63,644 bases of DNA, filler included, from Octopus bimaculoides (GCF_001194135.2; 5 parts of 5 records of this genome joined end to end with filler, not necessarily neighbours in it); one strand, 5' to 3'; shown: positions 25,221 to 39,039, numbered from the whole stretch's first letter. The notes: generated by a model from the letters alone, not told the origin. Made by a program: numbers and translations.

Positions 25221-27612
25221 TACATACGTACATACATACATACATACATAGACGATGGCAGTAAGCAAGGACACGTGAATTTTTCACTTAATTTCACGAT
25301 TTCTCATATCAACGGCCGGTAAATGACGAACGGTAAATGAGGATATTCACACGATATTAAAGTATGCTATTATAAACATCTATTATAGAAGACGAGACAA
25401 TATATAATCATTTACGAAATTTAACCTCGTGTCTACTGTAAACCGTACTGATGCACTCAATCCAAAAACGAAGAGACGTCATAACTTCAAACTTGTATAC
25501 ATTCACACATGCGCATCCACACACGGGTATATTACATGTATACAGTTCTGTGTTTGAGTAGTTTCGTATATTCACGTACGTCAGTGCTCCTGTGTGCGTC
25601 CTTGTGTATGTACTCATTCAGGGAAAGAGGTAAACTTGTACAATGATGGCAAGTAGCTACAAAAACTGCGTGTGTAATCGAATTGTTATTTAACTGTTAA
25701 TTAGTGATGTAGAGGAAACGTAAACCCACGTTATATAGGGAACTGAATTCCTGTCTTTAGTGTATGTAAAATAATAACAAGCAATTGTTGACTCAATATT
25801 ATAGATTCGTATACTTGAGTTTTGGTTTTTAAAAATCCCGAAGTTGGATATACATATACATGCATATATGTATTCAACAGAACATAATCTTCAAGTATAT
25901 ACAACTAGATATTTTTTCCCTTTATGAAATGTTGGTTTCTTTAAATAAATGCGATATATTTATCTTGCTGACGAGATTTAAAGCTGACATGAATGAAAGT
26001 CATAGTGGTGAATTTGAAACTAATATAATTGATAGTTTGTATACAGATGAGCGTTGAGCTTATTTCTATACAAAATGTTACAGTAGAAGAATGGTATCAA
26101 AATACAAGAAGAGATAAGATGATGTGACATCAATAGCTTTCTCAAAGTGTTGTCTTCAAATTACAATTGAAACTATATTTCGAATTGTAAGGTATAATCG
26201 AAAATTGTAATAATCAATGTACAATTATATTAAGATTTGTTTGACTTACAACAAACATAATTTGTTTTGGTGGACAGTTATAATATTAATGCTTTCTTCC
26301 TTCAATGTTATTATAGAATAAGGGAAAGGAAAGTATACATATATCTATTTAATATCGCAACTTGTGAAGAATAGGGTCATTAAGTACAGGTTCACTTACT
26401 AGTTCACCGCATTTCTTATGGAGAGAATGAGAAGGGGTATCTACAAATAGTAGTCCAGGAAATGTCTCAATGTCCTTCATTCTTAAAGCATATGAGATTT
26501 TAAAATTCTCCCATTAAAAGTCTCCCATTTCTGTGCCGACGTTGTTGTGTAAAAGAAAGGCCTGGTAAATCTTAGCACCAGTTCCGTCGCCTAATTTCCA
26601 ACAAAACGGATGAAATAATAGCTTCAGATTTTGGTACAAGGCTAGAAATTTTAGTGGAGGGATTATCTATTACTGTACTTGAATTCGAAAGGATGAAATA
26701 TAAAGCTCTCCTTGACGTAGGTTTAACTCAGAACATAAAAAAACCAAAACCATTTTGTGCGATGCGCCAATGATTCTACCAGCTCGTCAACGCAGGATAT
26801 TTTGCCTAAAGTTCTCGCAATTCTTCAGATCTTAGCCATGCACTAGTAAATTTCTTTTTTTTTTTTTGATCGACCTCCAAACGATGAAATATAAATTCGA
26901 TTTAGTTGGAATATAAACTGAAAGTGAGTCTAAACATTACGGTACGGCATTATCTAGATGTCTATCGTTCTGCTATTGTTTTAAAACTTACGCCTCATAA
27001 ATCGGATGCATGTTTACAAAAAGTATATCATATCAATGAATCCTTTCCTTTTTATTTGCAAATTTAAGTTAGTGTATAAAATATTGCCGTGAAATTTACT
27101 CATAGCAGTGTAGTTCAGATATTTTTTTTGTATTCACGTAGTTCTGCTTTCCAATGCACTTTCACAATGCACTGCATCATTATCGAATGTCTATCATCGT
27201 GTCCTCAGTGTGACCAATGTTTTGCGACGTTATTTTGATAGATTGAGAATGTGCGAAAGTCCGTTATGTGTGTGCGTGTAGTTAGGGTTGACTTGAAGTT
27301 GAAAAACAAGTCAAAAAGTTGGAAAGTAGAGACATGTAAAAGAGGAAGAGAGGGAGGCAGAGATAGTGAGAGATAGAGAGAAAGGGAAAGAGAGTGATTG
27401 AGGAGAGCGAGAGAAAGAGGGGAGAGAAAGGACAACGAGAAAGAGGAAGGAGAACAGTGCTTGAAAATTTCTGATGGTAATGTATCTATTATCTAGTGAA
27501 AATTACATAACGACATACATATGCGCGATTTCACATAAGTATGTCCATAACTTCTCAGTTGTTCAAGGAACTACAAATTTAAACAAAGGAATAACAGGAC
27601 AATCTCAGCAGA

Positions 27613-27644
<32 letters not shown>

Positions 27645-27645
27645 C

Positions 27646-27699
<54 letters not shown>

Positions 27700-27859
27700 C
27701 AGAAAATATATCACAAGTGAATCCAATGACAGACTATATCGAAGGATGAATGTGTGTGTGATAAAAAAAAATAATATAGTAGCAAACGTCCTCTATAAAT
27801 CTCGATTTCAGTTTCAAACCTGTTCTGATGATAATCCAATACAATTCACTTTTTGTCTC

Positions 27860-28170
27860 TTTACTTCCTAACTTTAGGTGCTTATAGGCTTATTTCTGTT
27901 GTCTCGTAACAAGCCATTGTATAACGATTTCTTTTGAATAGACACAAAGCCACCTCTTGTAAAACTTTATGCAGTCTCGGTTGAATCCATTCTTGATGTG
28001 CTCTTGTCTAATTTGCTATTCACCAATTCTTAATCAACAAAGAAAATCTCAGCTCAATTATCAAAAACGTCATGTTTCCAGATAGACATCGTATCTGGTA
28101 TTGCTATACTCTGCGGAACGTATACTGCCAACAAAATTATACACGCGCTGTTTGTCGCTTATCGCTTCAT
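27860..28170 (+). mobile_element. Very old LINE RT remnant (possible)
   Basis: YRLISVVS*QAIV*RFLLNR resembles YRGISLLS..K.YNRILLNR; later ..NKIIHALF..Y. Confidence 0.3.
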
Positions 28171-28569
28171 TGTTACTTACTTAATTAATTAATTATCTAG
28201 TTAATTAATTAATTAATTTTTGATTTCTTTGTTAAAATATTACTTCTCACAACTGTTGCCAGTTGAATGCCTTCCTATTTCTGTTTCGGAAATTGCAGGA
28301 AGATATTAAAAAGGTCGCAGTTGCTTGGAAAATGATTTTGACAAAGCAAATTAATGATTAATTAGTTAGTTAACTAATAGAAAATAAAATTTGATTAAAA
28401 TGTATATAATTGGTTAATTAACTAAGTAACATTGACATTGTATTATTAACCAGCTGACCGTACCACAGTGTAATGTCTGATGCAAAAAGATACTTTTGAA
28501 CTTAGGTCTGCTGCGTTCAAAATTGTCCCTGGGCTAAAAATATCAAGAACTGTGAAGTAGAGAGAGCAA

Positions 28570-28740
28570 TTTAATGGTTGGTCGACTGGCCTAATCATTC
28601 TCAAACTTCAACGCTAATGTCTTTTAAAAAGAACGGCTACATTGGATAATGTAGTTCTGGGTCAGCTGTGCTTGAAAATATAAACAATGGTCCGGGTTAT
28701 ATCATCTTTGATCATTATGGTTGCTTAATCAAAGCTGCCC
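28570..28740 (+). repeat. Unclassified dispersed repeat (family E); related copies at ~52960-53360 and inverted at ~59010-59080
   Basis: Shared GGTCGA.TG.CC..AAATCTCC..AAAAAG..ACATTGGATAATG..TTTGATCAT. Confidence 0.5.
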
Positions 28741-30074
28741 TGGAGCTACAAACCATCACGACAGTAACAACACTAATAACAGCAACAAACATCAAGAACA
28801 ACAATAACTGCACCAATACATGTGTAGCAACTGTTAACAGTTGAAATACATTTCAAACGTTTAGGAAGTTTCACAATCCAAAATCAATGAAATCGCTGCA
28901 GAAATAATTGCCATTAATTGTATTGAAATATAAAGAATCCAAGGAGGACAAAATCAAGTGAATGACGTAGTCTCAGATATCAATAGTTGTATACGATTTT
29001 ATCAATAGATTATTGAATGATTCAGGATTTCCCACATTCTCTCTTTCTGTCCAAAGAGGTAAAATAGTCTTGGAAGAAACAATGTAATTATGTGTTAAAT
29101 ATCCGGTTCTTTTACATTTAGCCTATCATATTAATAAATAGTTTCCTCTAATTGTATCTAATTTCCTTTCGTATAATCATCTTTTCACAGGTATATCTTG
29201 GTCTCTCTCTTAGGCCCCAACTAAATAATCCATACTTTGGCTGTGCTTATAGTTTTTCATTCCTCTTTATCACTAGACAGTTCCCTTATAAACAACATAT
29301 AGCAAGGAAAGAGCAGTTATCTGAAAGATGTTTCTTCAATAGAATGGAGTTCTCATAAGAATCCTATGGCCAGCTGATGTTGTCTTCTTTATCTCTAATT
29401 TCCACTCATATGATGCTAATTAGTCTGCATGATAACTTAAAACCCGCATCTATAACGTCAGATGTCCACTTGGACTGGCACACGTGACACGCACCTCACA
29501 CTTACACAATGCTGACGAGCGAAACAACACTTTAGACTCTCTTTACACCCCGAGGGATGTATTAATTAGCTTTGTCAAAACACAGCGATGAGAAATATAA
29601 AACGACTTTCACGGTAATAACAGAAGAGATTTATTGCAACAACAATGGGCTATTTTTCACAACCTATTTTGTATATTGAGCGTCTATGACTCTTAATATT
29701 TCTGATTGGTCAAGTTGACATTACCTTGACCAGAAGCGTTGCTTGACAATTAATAGGCGCTGCTAATTCCTGTCTATAAATTATGCCCTTCTTCGTTTTT
29801 ACTCCCAGCAAAGAAAGAAACATTTGTTATTTCCAAACAAATTATTTATAAAATTTAATAACGATATTTAAAGTTATTTAAGTTTAATCATAAAATGGAA
29901 TCACAGTATCTTCACAGTGTCAGCTGTCAGGAATTTTCAATAATATCAATGATTTCAGGAAAAAAGAAATTGAAATGTGTAACGTCGATGATGATGTTAT
30001 TGATGATGATGATGATGATGATGATGGGGAGGAGGAGGAGGAGGAGGAGGAGGGGATGGTAGTGGTGGTGGTGG

Positions 30075-30510
30075 TGGTTTCAAATTTTGGCTCAGGGCCA
30101 GTAATTTTAGGGAAGTGAGTAAGTTGATTACATCAACCCTAGTGATCAACTGGTACTTATTTTATCGACCCCGAGAGAATAAAAGGCAACGTCGACCTTT
30201 TAGCGGAATTTGAACTCAGAATGTAAAGACGGACGAAATGCCGCTAAGGATATTTGCCCAGGGCGCTAGAAATTTTCCCAGCTTACAGCGTTAATAATAA
30301 TCATTTACAATTTGGGCACAAAGCCAAGAACATCGAGGGAGACGGTAAGCTGGTTACATCGACTCCAATACTCAACTAGTACTTATTTTGTTGTCCTAGA
30401 AAGGATGAAAGGCAAATTTGACCTCGGCGGAATTTGAATTCAGATCGTAAAGTCGGACGAAATGCCGCTAAACATTATGTCCACCGTGCTAACGATTCTG
30501 CAAGCAGGCC
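30075..30510 (-). mobile_element. Two tandem family B SINEs
   Basis: CTGGTACTTATTTTATCGACCCC..GAATTTGAACTCAGAATG..GAAATGCCGCTAAG occurs twice. Confidence 0.85.
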
Positions 30511-30521
30511 ACCCTATTATT

Positions 30522-30524
<3 letters not shown>

Positions 30525-30571
<47 letters not shown>

Positions 30572-31270
30572 GTATTATTACAAATACAATCAAGAAATCA
30601 TACTACCTAAAGAAGAAGAAGAAGAAGAAGAAGAAGAAGAAGAAGAAGAAGAAGAAGAAGAAGAAGAAGAAGAAGAAGAAGAAGAAGAAGAAGAAGAAGA
30701 AGAAGAAGAAGAAGAAGAAGAAGAAGAAGCTATAAAACAAATGGAATCCAAACTAAAACTAGAGCAACAACGGACCATGATAAAACGATGGCAAGAAAAG
30801 CCACTACATGGTAAATATTGGGCTAAACTAAATGCAAAAGAAACAGACAGAGAAAAATCCCAGCAATGCTTGAGAAGCTCAGGACTCAAAGCAGAGACTG
30901 AAGGATTTTTAATTGCTGCACAAGACCAAAGCCTCCCCACCAGAAATTACCAAAAACATATAATGAAAAGAAACACAAGTAACTTCAGAATATGTGGAGA
31001 TGGACAAGAAGCAATAAATCATATTATCTATCTCTGGCTGCCAAGTCCTGGCTAAGAAGGAATATATTCACAGACACGACAGAGCTGGGACCTATATACA
31101 CTGGAAGCTATGCCAACACTATAGAATAACAACAGAAAATAGATGGTATAAGCACACGCCAGAAAAGGTCACAGAAAACGAGAAAGCAACCATACTCTGG
31201 GATATGCCAATACACACAGATAGAGGAATTAAGGCCAATAGGCCAGATATAGTTGTCACAGATCATGAAG
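30525..31270 (+). mobile_element. R4/Dong fragment (copy C), 5'- and 3'-truncated, preceded by (AAT)n, with internal (GAA)39
   Basis: RWQEKPLHGKY..SSGLKAETEGFLIAAQDQSLPTRNY..RICG..HRHD..ILWDMPIHTDRGIKANRPDIVV. Confidence 0.92.
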
Positions 31271-31800
31271 GTGGTTTATTAGAGATTTCACCTCTGATTT
31301 CTCCTATGAGATTACTTTTATCAGTAGGAACTGTTTTTACACCGTTTCCTCTACTGCTGTTTTCCAATACCCGTCTTTCGATAGAGTCGAACTCTACTTC
31401 TGTGAACGATCGAGTTTTTCCTATTACTCTAGCTTGATCACATAATCTCTGTTCCATGAGTTGAAACAATCGTCTTTCTCTCCATTGATCATACATACGT
31501 CGTCGGTATCCCCTAAGCTGAACACCATTTTCGTCTACGAGATTGCTCAGGCTGTAACACTCCATGACCACAACGTTGACTTGTTTGTTCCATTTACACC
31601 ATGTGTGGTGGTCCCTTGTTGGATAACGACAGGCTGGAGTCGGATCAGTATCTCTGAGCCTTCCTAGTGTAACACTATCACCATCAAGGGCTTCAGTTTC
31701 ATTACCACCGTTATTCACAATATTTTGTTTTTGCATTGTCATTCATATGAGGTAGCGATTATCAGGTAACGCAATTACCGGTGTTTTTATTGTGACACCA
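31271..31800 (-). mobile_element. R4/Dong 5' end (copy D; ORF N-terminus)
   Basis: KWNKQVNVVVMECY..RGYRRRMYDQWRER..EQRLCDQARVI..FTEVE resembles the R4/Dong N-terminal region; AAT/GAT-rich upstream flank. Confidence 0.75.
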
Positions 31801-32293
31801 TCATTAGATGCATCATCAGTCAGAGCATTATTATCATCACTGATATTATTATTTTCGTTTTTTTACTACGATTTGTCATTGTTAATATTTCCTCCGATCC
31901 GACGTGAGTTTTGTCTAAATTATTATTATCATTATTATCATTACCACCATCACCATTATTACCATCATTATTATTATTTCCATTTATCATTAAAACTTAT
32001 TATTGAATGTTGCTTAGTTTCAACTTTTGTCTTGTAGTTGAGATAATCATAAATATGTGAGGTTTTAAGGGAATAGTAAGAGCAAGCGAGACAGCTTGGT
32101 GAATAGATTAAATTCCACAGGTATGTAAATAGTTTCGGCAGATGGTGAAGAGATCAGCAATGGGCATTCCTGTGCGATAAGGAGACGAAAGCGGCCTCAC
32201 ACTCTTTGGGTCAGCAGAGGTCAAATATGTGTTTACTACTATTGTTATTGTTATTATTATTGCTTGTGGGGCGACAAACACAGACACACAAAC

Positions 32294-32361
<68 letters not shown>

Positions 32362-32749
32362 NNNNNNNNNNNNNNNNNNNNNNNNNNNNNNNNNNNNNNN
32401 NNNNNNNNNNNNNNNNNNNNNNNNNNNNNNNNNNNNNNNNNNNNNNNNNNNNNNNNNNNNNNNNNNNNNNNNNNNNNNNNNNNNNNNNNNNNNNNNNNNN
32501 NNNNNNNNNNNNNNNNNNNNNNNNNNNNNNNNNNNNNNNNNNNNNNNNNNNNNNNNNNNNNNNNNNNNNNNNNNNNNNNNNNNNNNNNNNNNNNNNNNNN
32601 NNNNNNNNNNNNNCATTAAATATGTTCGTGAACCAATTTTTTTCCTAAGAGAGAAGCTGAGTTCTCGGGCTTTCAAGAAGAGTCCCTCTTTCGCAAGGAA
32701 GTAGAGGAATATGAAGGAAGGTTGTTAATTTGTAGATTTTTAATAGTCT

Positions 32750-32965
32750 TTTGAACTCTAGGCAGAAGGCCCGAAATTTTGTGGGCGGTGGGGTCCAGTC
32801 GATTAGATCAACCTCAGTACGCAAATGGTACTTAATTTATCAACCACGAAAGGATGAAAGGCAAAGTTAACCTCGATGAAATGTGAACTCAGAACGTAAC
32901 AGCAGACGAAATACCGCTAAGCATTTCGCCCGGCGTGCTAACGTTTCTGCCACCTCGCCGCCATG
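32750..32965 (-). mobile_element. Family B SINE
   Basis: GGTACTTAATTTATCAACC..GGATGAAAGGCAAAG..GAAATACCGCTAAGCATTTCGCCCGGCGTGCTAACG. Confidence 0.88.
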
Positions 32966-33714
32966 TAGCTTTTTAATATTGTTTGTTCAACTCCCGTCGA
33001 AGTTAAGTTTGACTTTCATCCTTATGGAGACCCTAAAATAAAGTACCAGCTAAATATTGGTGCTGATATAAGCATCTGCATCTCTAAATATTTTTGGTGT
33101 TCAGCCAAGAAACGATTATTATTTGAGAGAATAAATTGAGCGTTGTTAGAACAGAATATTTTTTCTGGCTTCGTGGATTACCAGAATCGTTACAACATCG
33201 GGGAGAAAGAAATGGCTTGCAACATCCATAATAGTAACAGAACATGAACCAGAAGTATATATATTTATCGCTGACAATATCATTGCTGTGGTTTGAGTCA
33301 GTTGTAACTAAGGAACATAGTTTCTGGATCCCTTCGTCGTCTTCTGGGAGAGAGAAGAAGCGAAATTTCTCCAATTTTTCCAGACCAGCGCCCGATGTCA
33401 CTTTATGCTGCCTTGTCGCTTTAGGAGCAATATTCCGTTGTTTTCTACGAATGTGATTGCTTCCCCCACTATTCAAGCAATCAGAGCTGGGTAATTTTAT
33501 AATTACATGCAATACAACTGGTCTTTTCACACTAGGCGCTCGACCTTTATCCTTTCGTCTCAGCAACGCTACAAGACACATCTCTGAACATAGCACATAC
33601 GCCTCGTGTGCACAATGAAAAAGATTTCACTGCACTTAGACGCGATAACTGTCTCCAACAATTACAAAGTATCAATGAAGAATCCATGGCCCTTACAAGG
33701 CATGATACACTACT

Positions 33715-33945
33715 TTTCAATCCTGCATTCCTAGCACACCGGGCAAAATGCTTTTCGGTATTTCGTCTGCCGCTCCGTTCTGACTTCAAATTCCGCTGTG
33801 GTCGATTTTGCCTTTCATCCTTTCGGGGTCGATTAAATAAGTACCAGTTACGTGCTGAGGTCGATATAATCGACTTAATCCATTTATCTGTCCTTGTTTG
33901 TCCACTCTATGTTTAGCCCCTTGTGGGAAATAAATAAATAGCATT
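33715..33945 (+). mobile_element. Family B SINE
   Basis: CCGGGCAAAATGCTT..TTCAAATTCCGC..GCCTTTCATCCTTTCGGGGTCGATTAAATAAGTACCAG. Confidence 0.9.
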
Positions 33946-35799
33946 CCTAGATAAGATTGTAAAAAGACAGGCACACGCATTATGAGCAAAAAATCTTTCA
34001 ATCCGTGTGTCCTCACAGCGAAATGATTATGATCTAAGGATATCTTATAAGAAGTGTACGGCTACCAATAGACTGTGGTTTATATTCGCAGTAAAGTAAG
34101 CACGTTCCAGTATATTATATGTCAGGAGCCTAACCTTTGTCTTACTTGACCAAGGACTTCAATTCCAAAGAGATCTGCAGATAAATATGCCTAATGAATG
34201 CCAGCCAAACCTAATCATACTAAAATCTCTGGAAACACCGCAACTTTGGCGTGTTTTGTGTATCTTCAGTTACAGCATAGTAATCCACACAGCTGTACCG
34301 CCAAGAAGTAAAGAAAAATGCCCCATCCAATAGAAGTGAAAGTTAATACGCTCTAAACATGTCAGGTGATACCTGGTGTTAAGCACGGCCGTCAGGTCAT
34401 AAGCAAAAGGAGTATGCATGTTTCATCACTTCTCCGATATTTCCCTCGACAGCTTCTGCTCAGCTCATTTCTGGGTGGTATTGGCCGTCTTGAGCGTATC
34501 CTTGTCTTAGTTTCTGTAGTCATGAAAGTCTGGCGCAACCCAGAACCCAGGCACTTTCGCATGAAGCTGGACTTACTTTTCCTGTTGCCTTACCATTGGC
34601 GGCGGCGGCGGCGGCGGTGGTGGTGGTGGTGGTGGTGNNNNNNNNNNNNNNNNNNNNNNNNNNNNNNNNNNNNNNNNNNNNNNNNNNNNNNNNNNNNNNN
34701 NNNNNNNNNNNNNNNNNNNNNNNNNNNNNNNNNNNNNNNNNNNNNNNNNNNNNNNNNNNNNNNNNNNNNNNNNNNNNNNNNNNNNNNNNNNNNNNNNNNN
34801 NNNNNNNNNNNNNNGGGGAAGAGGAGGAGGAGGAGGGGGAGGGGAGGAGGTTTTTTGTTGCTCATTATGATGATGATTAGTGGGAGAGATGATGATGATT
34901 ATGCTGATGACGATGACGATGACGGCGGCGGACGTGGAGAAGGAGAACGCTGGTGATAATTGCGATGATGATGATGATGATGACGATGACGACGACGACC
35001 TCAACGACGACGACGACGGCGTCGACGGCAGCGACAACGGCTACAACGATGCTATGACGGACGTTCATATATTGGGGCACGATCACTAATAACATAGTAT
35101 AAGGTAAAGAAGGCGTTCATCCGCTGAACATCAAATAAAATCGCCGGCCCTGCCCAGCTGCAGCAAGGTCCTACCGACCAAGTTGTTAAACATGTACCCA
35201 CCGAATTCAGCGATCTTACGTTTCTGGCAACAACACTTATATCAAACAATATCTTTCAGCTGCTGAAACTGAAACACCCTTCATACCCTCTCTACCACAC
35301 ACCCTCCGCTACTCTTTCTTTCTTTCTCTGTTTTCTTTCAATCACTCTAGCTTTCTCTCTCCCTCCATCTCACTCGTTCTCTTTCTCTCTATCTGTCTAT
35401 CCCTCTTTCTTTCTATCTTACTTTCTTGCTCTCTCTGCTTCACGCTTTGGTTTCTACCATTAATCTATCTAACGAGGTGAGCCAGTTATCTGTCTGTCTG
35501 ACTATCTCACTATATATTCATACCTTTGTCCGTCTCTTTGTTCATCTATGTGTCTATCTATCCAAATACATCTCTCTCCCATTTACCCCTCCTCTCTCTC
35601 TCCATCTCTCTATCTATTTTCCTACATACCTATGTATCTATCTAATCTATTATTTCACTCTCACATACACATTCATTTCGAAATATTCCTCTCTCCGCTT
35701 GTCTGTCTCCCTGTTTCTCTCTCTCTCCCTCTTTATTTATACATACATACATACATGCATGCATGCATACATGCATACACATTCTTTTATTCTTTTATT

Positions 35800-36042
35800 T
35801 TTTTTACTTGTTTCAGTCATATGAGTGCGGCCATGCTGGAGCACCGCTATTAGTCGAACAAATGGACCCCAGGACTTATTCTTTGTAAGCCTAGTAATTA
35901 TTCTATCAGTATCTTTTGCCGAACGGGTAGGTTACAAAGATGTAACCACACCAACGTCGGCTGTCAAGCGATGGTGAGGGACAAACACAGACACACATAC
36001 ATACACACACACATATGTATATATATATATATATATATATAT
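35800..36042 (-). mobile_element. Family C SINE 3' module
   Basis: TTTTACTTGTTTCAGTCAT..CCATGCTGGAGCACCGC..GGCTGTCAAGCGATGG. Confidence 0.85.
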
Positions 36043-38227
36043 NNNNNNNNNNNNNNNNNNNNNNNNNNNNNNNNNNNNNNNNNNNNTTAATTAATTAANN
36101 NNNNNNNNNNNNNNNNNNNNNNNNNNNNNNNNNNNNNNNNNNATACACGTATAATTGTGTGTATGTGTGTATATATATATATATATGTATGTATGCATAT
36201 ATGTATATATATGTGGGCGTGTGTATGTGTGTGTGTGTACACGCGTATGTGTGTGTGTGTTCACGCGTACGTGTGTGTGTAACTGTGTCCGTGCGTGTAC
36301 GTTTGTATTACATATGGATTGTATTAATTAGATATCACCATCTGAATGAGGGCAACCTACAGTCACACACCCGCGGCATTACCTACTGATGCAGACAAGT
36401 GCGGTTTTGTATATCTATTTCCTTGCCACTGTTGTGGTGTGTATACTTATTTATTTATACATTTACTTAATTTTCTGCTTATATTTTGAAGTAATATCAT
36501 TAATTGGGGTTTATAAATGATATTAAAATGCTGCTCTTATAAATTCGAAATACATATATGTATACACACAAACTTATATAGTCGAGGTGTATTAAGAGCG
36601 TATTAGAGTACAAAATATGGCTGGTTTGACAGCTGTCGTATCGTACTCTCTCTTACTTTCTTANNNNNNNNNNATATATATATATAATGATATATCGCTC
36701 ATATCCACATATGCAAGCGTATGTATAGTATCTTTGTGTGTGGCACTGATGTCAGTATTTCAATTCATCAGTATGAAAGTGATATTACTAACAATCTTTT
36801 TAGAGTGGTATAATGGACATCAAGTAACCATTGCCATAACATATGCCAGAACAGATAATACAATAACGTTATTAATTCATGTTCGAATACACACACAAGC
36901 ACATATGTATATACTTATAAAGATATGTGTGCGTGTGTGCGTGCGCGCGTGTGTATGTGTGTATCTGACGTCTTTGTGATTATATCAATTTATCAACACT
37001 GAACCTTGATCTAGGTGTTATATGTTTATAATTGATATTTTACGCAAATTACAGGAGCATTGAGCGTAACACACTTTTTTTTCACTACGTTAAGCCAGAG
37101 ACCGCCTGTGCATGCATGCGCGCGCGCACACACACATACACACGCACATAAACACACACACGAACATGCAAACATATATACAAAAACACACAGATGCACA
37201 GGTTTGCATATGATAACATGTTAATAGATTTCATAAGCGTTTTTGATCAATGAATACGTACTCTGAAATACGTGTGTGTGTACTTACATATATATATATA
37301 TATATATATATANNNNNNNNNNNNNNNNNNNNNNNNNNNNNNNNNNNNNNNNNNNNNNNNNNNNNNNNNNNNNNNNNNNNNNNNNNNNNNNNNNNNNNNN
37401 NNNNNNNNNNNNNNNNNNNNNNNNNNNNNNNNNNNNNNNNNNNNNNNNNNNNNNNNNNNNNNNNNNNNNNNNNNNNNNNNNNNNNNNNNNNNNNNNNNNN
37501 NNNNNNNNNNNNNNNNNNNNNNNNNNNNNNNNNNNNNNNNNNNNNNNNNNNNNNNNNNNNNNNNNNNNNNNNNNNNNNNNNNNNNNNNNNNNNNNNNNNN
37601 NNNNNNNNNNNNNNNNNNNNNNNNNNNNNNNNNNNNNNNNNNNNNNNNNNNNNNNNNNNNNNNNNNNNNNNNNNNNNNNNNNNNNNNNNNNNNNNNNNNN
37701 NNNNNNNNNNNNNNNNNNNNNNNNNNNNNNNNNNNNNNNNNNNNNNNNNNNNNNNNNNNNNNNNNNNNNNNNNNNNNNNNNNNNNNNNNNNNNNNNNNNN
37801 NNNNNNNNNNNNNNNNNNNNNNNNNNNNNNNNNNNNNNNNNNNNNNNNNNNNNNNNNNNNNNNNNNNNNNNNNNNNNNNNNNNNNNNNNNNNNNNNNNNN
37901 NNNNNNNNNNNNNNNNNNNNNNNNNNNNNNNNNNNNNNNNNNNNNNNNNNNNNNNNNNNNNNNNNNNNNNNNNNNNNNNNNNNNNNNNNNNNNNNNNNNN
38001 NNNNNNNNNNNNNNNNNNNNNNNNNNNNNNNNNNNNNNNNNNNNNNNNNNNNNNNNNNNNNNNNNNNNNNNNNNNNNNNNNNNNNNNNNNNNNNNNNNNN
38101 NNNNNNNNNNNNNNNNNNNNNNNNNNNNNNNNNNNNNNNNNNNNNNNNNNNNNNNNNNNNNNNNNNNNNNNNNNNNNNNNNNNNNNNNNNNNNNNNNNNN
38201 NNNNNNNNNNNNNNNNNNNNNNNNNNN

Positions 38228-38268
<41 letters not shown>

Positions 38269-38516
38269 GACATTTATATACATATATATATATTTAGAGA
38301 TAGAGAAGGTTAGAGAGAAAGGGAGAGAGAGAAAGAGAGAGAGGGAGAAAGATACATGCATGCATGCATACATACATACATACATATATACATACACACA
38401 TGCATGTACATATATATATGTATGTGTGTGCATACACATACATATGTATATTATTGATGAAGGAAAACGGTAGTATTAGCACTAGCCTTTATTTAGAACG
38501 AAAATTGTTATGACCC

Positions 38517-38810
38517 GTCCTGAAATTGTCAATTATGGGTAGGACATTGTGCATCTAATTGTATTGCATCAATCTGTGCAGTTTGTGTCACATCAAATGC
38601 TTGCATTAAAGAACGAGATGTCCCGATAGATATACTGAGTTGCTCCATTAGTCAGTTAAAACCAAAATACAACGGGCAAGAAGAACATCTCAGTATATCC
38701 TACGTGACATCCCTGTTTTTATGCATGTGTCTGATGTAACACAAACTGTACAGATTGATGCAACACAGTTAGATACACAATATATTACCCATAACGGACG
38801 TCTGCAGGAT
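38517..38810. repeat. Long imperfect inverted repeat (arms ~38517-38645 and ~38683-38810)
   Basis: ATTATGGGTA..TTGCATCAATCTGTGCAGTTTGTGTCACATCA..GATATACTGAG pairs with CTCAGTATATC..TGATGTAACACAAACTGTACAGATTGATGCAA..TACCCATAA. Confidence 0.9.
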
Positions 38811-39039
38811 TGACCAAAACGATCGTCGCACCGAATAAAGATTAGTGCTAAATCTATCTTCTGTTTCCTTTATCAATTATTATCCCAACAAACACTGCGG
38901 AATTCCTTACGTAGATCTAGAGGATATATATCCCAACTGTAGGTAATCCAAACTGTGAACGTTCTTTACTCAACACACTTAATGATATACACCCATTAGT
39001 CCCCAAAATTACATATACATATATATGCACATTCTTTTT

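Noticed and set aside
25971-26057. Coding-like stretch ADMNESHSGEFETNIIDSLYTDER*
   Set aside because: Poor acceptor, no homology, no partner exons
26400-26520. Minus-strand GTAAGT donor with a short open frame
   Set aside because: No recognisable peptide; isolated donors are common by chance
29512-29525. CTGACGAGCGAAAC hammerhead core
   Set aside because: Stem II has no loop, and no GUH site or stem I/III partners were found
33084-33596. 170-aa minus ORF
   Set aside because: No motif or splice support; a neighbouring frame has only a faint RTE-endonuclease-like NNGILLL, too weak to call
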